Source: Selaginella moellendorffii
Lineage: Eukaryota > Plantae > Lycopodiophyta
Assembly: GCF_000143415.4 (NCBI RefSeq)
Contig: NW_003314280.1
Coordinates: forward strand, 1,049,663-1,113,662
Length of the DNA stretch: 64,000 bases
Direction: 5' to 3'
Of this stretch, positions 56,271 through 64,000 are shown in pieces (position 1 is the first letter of the stretch; each line of letters begins with the position of its first letter). Made by a program: the position numbers and the translations under genes. The notes below the pieces were generated by a model. That model did not search any database, had not been told where the DNA came from, and saw only the letters and a list, made by a program, of their open reading frames with translations.

Positions 56271-56647
56271 AAGCTTGGGCTCATTAACAGAAATTCAGCA
56301 GAAAATAATAAAAAGATACAATTTTTTAAATAAAGCTTTATTCAAAAAAATTAAATTTGTAATAATAATATTAATTTTAGTATAAAAATCCTAAATAAAA
56401 CTTATATTTTTTAAAATAATTGTCAATATAAATATTTAATTTGTGAGTGCATGGAATATGGAAAGGGAATACAGAAATGTGCATATCAATTAACCCAAAA
56501 ACCCTAGCTTATATACAGGAGCGAGTGGTCCGGATTGAAACCAATCCGACGGCTACCAAAATCCACTACGCTAATATTAGTATACGGCATCGTAACCGTA
56601 CACTTGGCCCTCACATCATCCCCTCCTCTCGGAATAATGGAAGGCCG

Positions 56648-59600
56648 TCAGGGTTCTCTTGTAGATGGGCCGGGATCTGGAGGAACGTTAGGAGGAGGCA
56701 TCGGTGGATCTGTAGACGGTATTAACTGCTCCTGATCCCTCTGTATGAAGCGTTTTAACTGCTGCACATGCACAATCTCCGGAGGATCGGCCTGTTGAAC
56801 GTCATGCCGAACCTCATAAACTTGTGGTCCAACTTGCCGCAACACCCGATACGGTCCTTTCCACTGCGCAAGGAGCCCCTTAGATAAACCACGTACCGTA
56901 AGATGGGGAAAACGGACTAACACCAAATCATCCACTTTGTACTCCGCTGGTGGACGATGATGGGAATTGTAGCGCCGTTGTTGTCCCACTTGTACGCGGC
57001 CCAAGTGTTCAGCAGACTCTGCTCGGACAAGTGGAAGAATGCTTGTCAAATATTGATCCCATGACCTAGCATCAGGAGCTCGTGGCAATCGCGAAGGTAA
57101 ACCTAGTTCTGTTGGTAATATTGGATCATGACCATATAGAAGTTTATATGGTGAAGCACCAACAGAACTTTGCACCCCTGTGACATAAGCATACCGAAGA
57201 GACGGCAAATAACCATCCCAATCCGAATGTTGAAAGTTCACATACTTCGCAATCATCCCTTTGAATGTCCGAACGAGCCGTTCCACCAGACCGTCTGATT
57301 GTGGATGATAAGCACTCGTAAAAGTGTGGCGTATCCCCAACCAAGATATCAAAACATGAAATACCTCAGCCATAAATGCAGGACCATTATCCGAAAGAAT
57401 CCGTTCTGGACAAGAATGCTGGAACACCACTCGATTGAGGAGGAAGTATCCAACAGCAGTTGCAGAGGCACTAGCAAGAGCACCAACTTCCACCCAACGA
57501 GTCAAGTAGTCAGAAGCAATAATAACATACTCATTGCCAGCAGTCGATCACGGAAAAGGTCCCATAAGATCAAACGCCACCAACTCAAACGGACGAGAAA
57601 CTGCAATTGACTCCAACCGTCCTTCCGCAGCACAAGGGGGAGTATTACGAGCTTGGCACCAAACGCAGCTACGCACATACCGGATAATATCACGTCGCAT
57701 CTCTGGCCAATAGAAAGATCTGCGCAGCTTCTCGGTGACACGACGGTGTCCCATATGCCCACCTAGAATAGGAGAATCATGGTAGGCATGGAGAAACCGC
57801 AGAATAAACACCGAAGGCACCACCAGCCGTAAATGAGCATCAGGATCCGTCCCCACAAAATAAAGAAGGCCATCTTCAAGGCGATATTGAGAATGTAAAT
57901 GCAGAAAAGGCAAGTCATCAGCAAGTGATGCAGGATTCTCAAACCCATCTCGAAGCCTTCGAATCCACGGCTCAATCTTTTGAGCCTCGCGAACCTCATC
58001 CAGAGAAGGTAGATCTTGCTCTACGCCCTGTGGACACTGAACGTCAAGGACAGCAACCGCCGACGGCACAGAATCCTCATCTAGAAAATCCACAGATGCT
58101 AGAACAACAGGTTCGTCAGAAACATGAGAAGTGAGTGGAAAAGGAAGAGGAGCTCGAGAAAGGGCATCAGCATCAGCCATAGAACTCCCTGGGCGATGAA
58201 CAACATCGAAATCATATATCTGAAGCTTTAAAGCCCATCGAGCCGTACGACCAACCAGGTTCTTCCGCTTCAATAATGAAGTAACAGCAGCATGGTCACC
58301 TTCAAGTAACGTCCGAGAACCATGTAGATAGGCATGAAGTTTCTCGAAACCCCAGACTACTGCTAAACACTCCTTCTCCGTTGTGGAGTAGTTCATCTCC
58401 GCTGGTTGTAATGTACGGCTTATGTATGCAATGGGATGGCGCTGACTAGGCACACTCGAGCTCTCTTGCATCAACACACCTCCAAGACCAATGTCAGAAG
58501 CATCCACGCGCAAAATAAAAGGTCGAGTGTAGTCAGGATATGCCAAAACCGGAGGAGTCGTCAATAGCTCTTTGAGATTCACGAACGCCCGCTCACAATC
58601 GGGAGACCAGATGAAAGATGACGTTGATGACTTCAGCAACGCTCGCAATGGTAAAGTGCGATCGGAAAGATGATCCACAAAACGACCGAGATACTGCACC
58701 TTACCCAAAAAGCGCTGCACATCATTCACACACTTCGGAGTAGGGAACTTTAGAACAGCCACAAGTTTGTCAGGATCAACTTGCAAACCCTCACGAGAAA
58801 TACGGTACCCAAGATAAGTTGTGTCCTTGGACCCAAACACGCACTTCAACCGCTTCAGCTTTAAACCAACATCGCGTAGCCGATCCAACACTTTACAAAC
58901 ATCACAAACATGCTCCTCCCACGTCCCCTCCGAGTGGATCAAGACATCATCAATGAAGTCAGCCGTCACCTCCGGCATATCGCAAAGAACCTCGTCCATC
59001 ATCCGCTGAAAAGTTGCTGGAGCATTGTTCAAACCAAACGGCATCACCAAAAACTCGTACAAACCAAATGGTGTACGAAAAGCAGTCTTAGGAATATCGT
59101 CTTCAGCCATCGGTACTTGCCAATACCCAGAAGCAAGATCTAACTTGGTGAACCAACGACTTCGCCCCAGACGATCCAAGAGATCAGCAGTGTGAGGAAG
59201 AGGGTACACGTCCGGGATCGTCACTTCATTTAACGGATGATAGTCGATGTAAAAACGAATACTCCCATCAGGCTTCGTCACAAGATGAGGTTCACATGCC
59301 CAAGGACTCTGCGACTTCCGAATAACACCCTTCTCCAACATCTCCTTGACGTTTGCACGTAAAATCTTGATCTCCTTGGGTGACCGACGACGAACAGGAA
59401 CCTTGATTGGACGAGCATCCCCAGTTGGAATGGGATGACATATGGCAATCTTGGCCCCAGACGATAGGTCAAATTCAAAGAGATCAGAATACTCCTTCAT
59501 GAGCTAGTCAACAGCTGCAACACAAAGATCATCGGAGGGATCAGAAAAGGGAAGAGCAGAACAAGATGGAAACACAAGAGGAAATAATGGGGGAACAAAA

Positions 59601-60136
59601 GTAATGGAAACAGAGGTAGAAGTAGAGGGACGAAGAGGTACGGAAGTGAGAGGAATGGATGAAACATAAGGAAGTATGAGACAAGGGGGAAAAGCCTCAA
59701 AGTCACATTTGGCATGATTGTGCTGCAACCAATCCATACCAAGAATGAGGTCAAAAGCTTGACTCGGCACCACCCGCAATGACTGCAACTCAAGCTCGAG
59801 ATCGCCCACACGCACAACCAGGTCCACCTCATCTCATGCACATGCATGTGTACGGCCGTTGCCATAAAGAATGAAAACTGGATCCGCCGCACGACGCAAG
59901 TGTAGACGACAACGTGTGGCAACAGGTCGAGCAGTAGAAGATAAACTCGAACCTGTATCAACCAACACGGAGAGAAGAATAGGAGACCTCTTGTTATAAA
60001 AACGAGCTTGGAAAGTAAACACTGGATGAACCGGTGCTGAGTGAACCCCTTGATGATACTCCCGAAAGAAAGATGGAGGGGTCACTAACTTATTCGCGCA
60101 AGGTCCCTCCATTACTTGCGCGACTCCTCGTTTCCC
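56648..60136 (-). pseudogene. pol: pol (PR-RT-RNase H-IN) of the gypsy element
   Basis: LVDTGS, LDLASGYWQ, MPFGL, FIDD, DASDIGLG, HHCC, SDNG, ERL, GPY; one frame with three internal stops (59836, 59506, 57550). Confidence 0.92.
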
Positions 60137-61044
60137 GAATGCACCTCGGTATCCAAACCTTCCACCGCAGCAGCACCAACGGGATGTTGCTGACGCCAAG
60201 GTCTCCACCCAGGAAATGGAGGTCGCCAATCCGGAAAGCGCTAACAACGCCGATAAGTATGACCAACTTCATCACACGCCCAGCAACGAATGTCACGGCC
60301 ATGACCACGTCCTCGCCCTTGTCCTTGGACTCGAGTAGCAGCAGCATCAACCTCCATGGGAACAGGCCCATCACTCATAGGAAGTGGAGCTGAAGGACGT
60401 GTAGCAAGAAGTGGAAGAGGCGACGTCTTATAACGTTGTGCCAAGCGAAGGGCATCGTCAAGAGTGGCAGGAGCAAGTGCATGCACAAGTCCGACAAGAT
60501 CTTGACGAAGTGCTGGCCACAGCATTCCTAGCTTGATCCGCTCCGACATATTTGGCTCCGCACGAAGCAAAAGACTTCGGAAACGAACGCCAAATTGCAT
60601 CACCGACTCAGATGGCCATTGGCGAAGACGATGCAATTGTTGGAAGGCATCATTACAATCGTCGGCGTGTCCGAAGGCGCATTTGAAGACGTCCGGAAGA
60701 ACACTCCAATCGCCACGAGTAGCTGCGCTCAATCCTTTATACCACTGCAATGCCGTCCCTTGAAAACATGTGGGGAACTCACGCAAACGTCGAGCATCAT
60801 CCCAAGAATGATATGTGGCAATCACCGTGAAGTGATCGAACCAATGGTACACATCATCCCCAGGATTCCCACGAAAGAACTCCGGCTGAACGCGAGGATT
60901 GGCACCAAAAGCAGGAGGAGTTGTACCATGTGCCGTGAACGCCGCCATCAACTGAGTTTGGTTGTTCAATTGCAAGCGCATAGCATCAAGCAATTGAACC
61001 AACTGCTGCTCTAGAGTCAAAGGAGGAGATTGCGGATCGGCCAT
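60112..61044 (-). pseudogene. gag: gag of the gypsy element
   Basis: Retrotransposon gag domain, PMEVD, CCHC knuckle CWACDEVGHTYRRC; premature TAG at 60243-60241; likely true stop TAA at 60114-60112. Confidence 0.88.
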
Positions 61045-61191
61045 GAAAATGAATGAGAAAAAAAGAGCAAAAGAAGAGAAATGACAAAAAGCTGGAAAGA
61101 AATGGTAGATCTAAACAATGCAAAAAGCTAGATCTAAACCAAAATCCTGAAAGGAAAGAACGAAAGAAAGGAAATGGAAAAAGTTAGATCT

Positions 61192-61275
61192 AAACCGAAA
61201 TCCCAAATCCAAGCACTCCCCAAGGACAATCAAAACCAAAATCCCAAATCCAAGCACTCCCCAAGGACAATCAAA
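61192..61275. repeat. 2 x 41-bp tandem repeat in the gypsy 5' leader
   Basis: AAACC(G/A)AAATCCCAAATCCAAGCACTCCCCAAGGACAATCA repeated. Confidence 0.85.
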
Positions 61276-61470
61276 GGTGCCCCTCACCTCCACCAATGTG
61301 AGTGCATGGAATATGGAAAGGGAATACAAAAATGTGCATATCAATTAACCCAAAAACCCTAGCTTATATACAGGAGCGAGTGGTCTGGATTGAAACCAAT
61401 CCGACGGCTACCAAAATCCACAGCGCTAATATTAGTATACGGCATCGTAGCCGTACATTTGGCCCTCACA

Positions 61471-62780
61471 AATTGAATTTTCACAATGAAATTTATAATT
61501 CTAATATTTACAAATGGCTAATTGTAAGTAATTACAAAAGTGTAAAGGAATATGCTAGAAAATGTTTAGAAAATTTTAAATATGTTTATAATTTTTTAGC
61601 CTAAATATAAATTTCGTTGTTAAACATATTCATACTTATTAAATCTTTATCTTCCATATTTTGTGATTTTGAATTTTTAAAAATTTTCTCTAATTCTAAC
61701 TTTAAGTTTTAGATTAATATTAAAATAAAATGAAATATATTACGATATGAAGATTTAACTGAGTTATGCACTAAATATAAATAAAAAATCTATCAATATG
61801 TTAGGTATAAAGATTAAATTGAGCTTTTAAGATAGAATAATGATTTATATTTAATAAATTTAATTATTTATATGCACTTTAAACATTAGATAATTAAAAC
61901 CAATAAAGTTATTATCACCTATAAAAATGTTATATTATACCAATAAAAAATATTTCATATTTATCTATTTTTGTTAAATTTAATAAATTCACTTGAAAAC
62001 TGTTGAAGTTTATTTTTTTTAAAAAGATTTTGATTCATATTTAACTTACTATTTTAAATAAAAAATAACTTATTTAATTTTTAACTAATTAATTTTCTTA
62101 AAAGTTATACCCCAAAGAATTCCAAACCTATAAATTATTTTCTTTCTGTATAATAAATAAATATATTATATATAACTCAGTTGAGTCAAAAGATATATTA
62201 TGTTTAGACTAAAGTGTGTTATGCTCAGTAAACGATTAAAAAGACTATCATATAGAGTTCTTGAATTACAGAGTTGATTACACTAAAATTAATTACTAAT
62301 AGATAGGGTAAAACATAAAACTAAAGTTTTAAATTAATTTATATTTATGTAATAAGTATATGGTATTACTATATTACATATATAAAAAATATATTAAATT
62401 ATACCTTACAATAAAAAATCACCTTTAAATTAAAAACATTACTTACCTAGGTCAACAATATTTTTTAATAATCATTTGCCCACACAAAATAAATGTTCAA
62501 ATTTAATTTAATTTATACCTGTAATTAAATAAAAAATCTTACATTTTACTTTCATCTATTTTTATTAGAAAAAGAAATCTTAAAACTAAAGTTTTTAATT
62601 AAAAAAATTTGTCACCAAATCTTCAAAATTTGTTTATAAATTGAAGGAAAGTGGCCCAAGAAAAAGTTCAGTATGTGGAAATAAAAACCTAACCATAAAT
62701 CATTAAAAAATAAACATCTTTATAAAGTCAATAATGACTTAAAAGCTGACATGATTAAGGTCCTCAAATGTTAACTCCAA
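61471..62780. other. Extremely AT-rich non-coding block (continues at 56280-56441 on the other side of the gypsy)
   Basis: Composition only; no credible ORF. Confidence 0.6.
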
Positions 62781-63299
62781 AGATCACTTTCCAAGAATTA
62801 CATTTCCTTGATATCCACTTCTTCAAAGGCCCTTCCTTTGAATAAACCAGCTACCTTGACTTGTCCACCAGAACCCCTTTGACGCTTACCAATAAGAAAG
62901 ACTATCAAAATTATTCAGAAAGAAAACAAAAGAGAGAAAAAATGAACCTCCTAAACTCCTCTTTCCAAACGAAAAGGGAATGGTTCAAGCCCGCCTCTAA
63001 TCCTTTCAGAAATGCTTGGGGCTAGCTCCAATCCGAAATCACCTCCATCGCCGTCTTCTTTGTGGGAAGAAGTCGAGACCACCGAGGAGATGGCGCTGGA
63101 ATCACTGTCGCGGATCAGAGAGCGGCAGCATTCTGGATCCAGCGAACGGAAGAAAAGAGTGGAGACGGCCACAACATCCAGACTCACTTGATCATTTAGA
63201 AACCAGGCAAGAAGCCCGCCATGAAGGAGAAGCGTGTCCAGAGCCGAGCAGACCAGTGAATGAGATGGAAAAATCTATCTTTCCAGAAAGCTCTTCCAC

Positions 63300-64000
63300 T
63301 CACAATCCCACCCTTGGTGGCCTGGACGATCGACAATACGCGTTCGCGACGAGAGCCAATGCTGCTCCATGGTCCGCGGGGAAAAATCTTTGTGCTTGCA
63401 AGTCCGTGATCTCGCGCCGGTTCTTACACGCAGCGAGCAAGCACAGCCACTCCACCGAGCTTGGAACGAATGGCATGGCATGGAGGAGATCTTGGGCCTG
63501 TCGCAAATGCCCGGCTCGTGCGAGCACATCGGCCAGGCAGCAGTAATGCTGCTTTGTAGCCTCAATCCCATAGTCGGCGATGGAGGACGCGAAGAACCGC
63601 ATGGCCGATTGGAGCTCTCCCAAGCGGCTACACGCGATGAGCGCGAGCGTGAAGCACACTTGATCAGGGTGGTCCACAAGCTTGAGCTCGCCAAACGTGT
63701 CGACGATCTCGATGGACTGGCAAGAGTTTTGGGTGTGAGCAGCGAGCAGGGAGCTCCAAGACACGACATTTCTCTCGGGCATGGTGGCGAACACTCGCTT
63801 GGCAGCGGCGATATGCCCGATCCGGGCATACGCCCCCAGCAACGTGTTCCAAGAGACAAGATCTTTCTCGGGCATCTCCACGAATATTGCTAGAGCCTCG
63901 CCGAGTTTTCCTCCAGAATCGACATTGCCATATGCGCCCAGCATTGCATTCCACGCAACAAGGTCTCTCTCCGGCATCACATCGAACAGGAGCTTGGATT
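63300..64000 (-). CDS. 3' part of a PLS/SS-E PPR gene (continues beyond the window)
   Basis: MPERDLVAWNAML, MPEKDLVSWNTLL, ACSRLG, QHYCCLADVLARAG, MPFVPSSVEW. Confidence 0.85.
   Translation of the reverse strand, partial: SKLLFDVMPERDLVAWNAMLGAYGNVDSGGKLGEALAIFVEMPEKDLVSWNTLLGAYARIGHIAAAKRVFATMPERNVVSWSSLLAAHTQNSCQSIEIVDTFGELKLVDHPDQVCFTLALIACSRLGELQSAMRFFASSIADYGIEATKQHYCCLADVLARAGHLRQAQDLLHAMPFVPSSVEWLCLLAACKNRREITDLQAQRFFPADHGAALALVANAYCRSSRPPRVGL

Larger units (their letters stand above)
56442..61470 (-). mobile_element. Full-length Ty3/gypsy LTR retrotransposon (non-chromovirus), inactivated by nonsense mutations
   Basis: 174-bp LTRs 61297-61470 and 56442-56615 (6 differences by eye), TSD AATT, PBS TGGTGGAGGTGAGGGG, PPT GAGAGGAGGGGATGA, gag-PR-RT-RH-INT order. 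Confidence 0.96.

Overview
Eukaryotic nuclear DNA from a compact plant genome. Introns of about 50-65 nt, telo-boxes, many PLS-class PPR genes and a sperm-tail SHIPPO gene point to a lycophyte such as Selaginella (inference, not a database result). 1-14.8 kb is a four-level nest of tRNA-iMet-primed, non-coding LTR elements: an old AT-decayed copy hosts a minus-strand copy, whose 5' LTR holds a complete 9.7-kb copy, which holds a 673-bp TRIM. 15-24 kb holds duplicated PPR pseudogenes plus a hidden 5-exon orphan gene that the ORF track misses. 24.7-56 kb is gene-dense: M3 oligopeptidase, a small secreted-peptide gene, GASA and SR45a pseudogenes, two tandem PLS-E PPR ORFs, GFA/CENP-V, SR45a, a secreted GGAI/FxxN beta-helix + root-cap-domain protein, SHIPPO/ODF3-like, GAA1, a PLS-DYW(WW) editing factor, MAGL-like lipase, COG7, an AG-peptide and a Trk/HKT transporter. 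56.4-61.5 kb is a full-length Ty3/gypsy element with a 4-bp TSD and four nonsense mutations, followed by an AT-rich block and the 3' end of another PPR gene. Best candidates for something undescribed: (i) three PPR editing-type proteins whose internal L motifs carry a long insert (often KEEG..DGK..K) between helix A and helix B; (ii) a possible spliced fusion of two PPR ORFs into one ~1800-aa protein; (iii) a GAA1-SHIPPO arrangement that implies a dicistronic or overlapping transcript.
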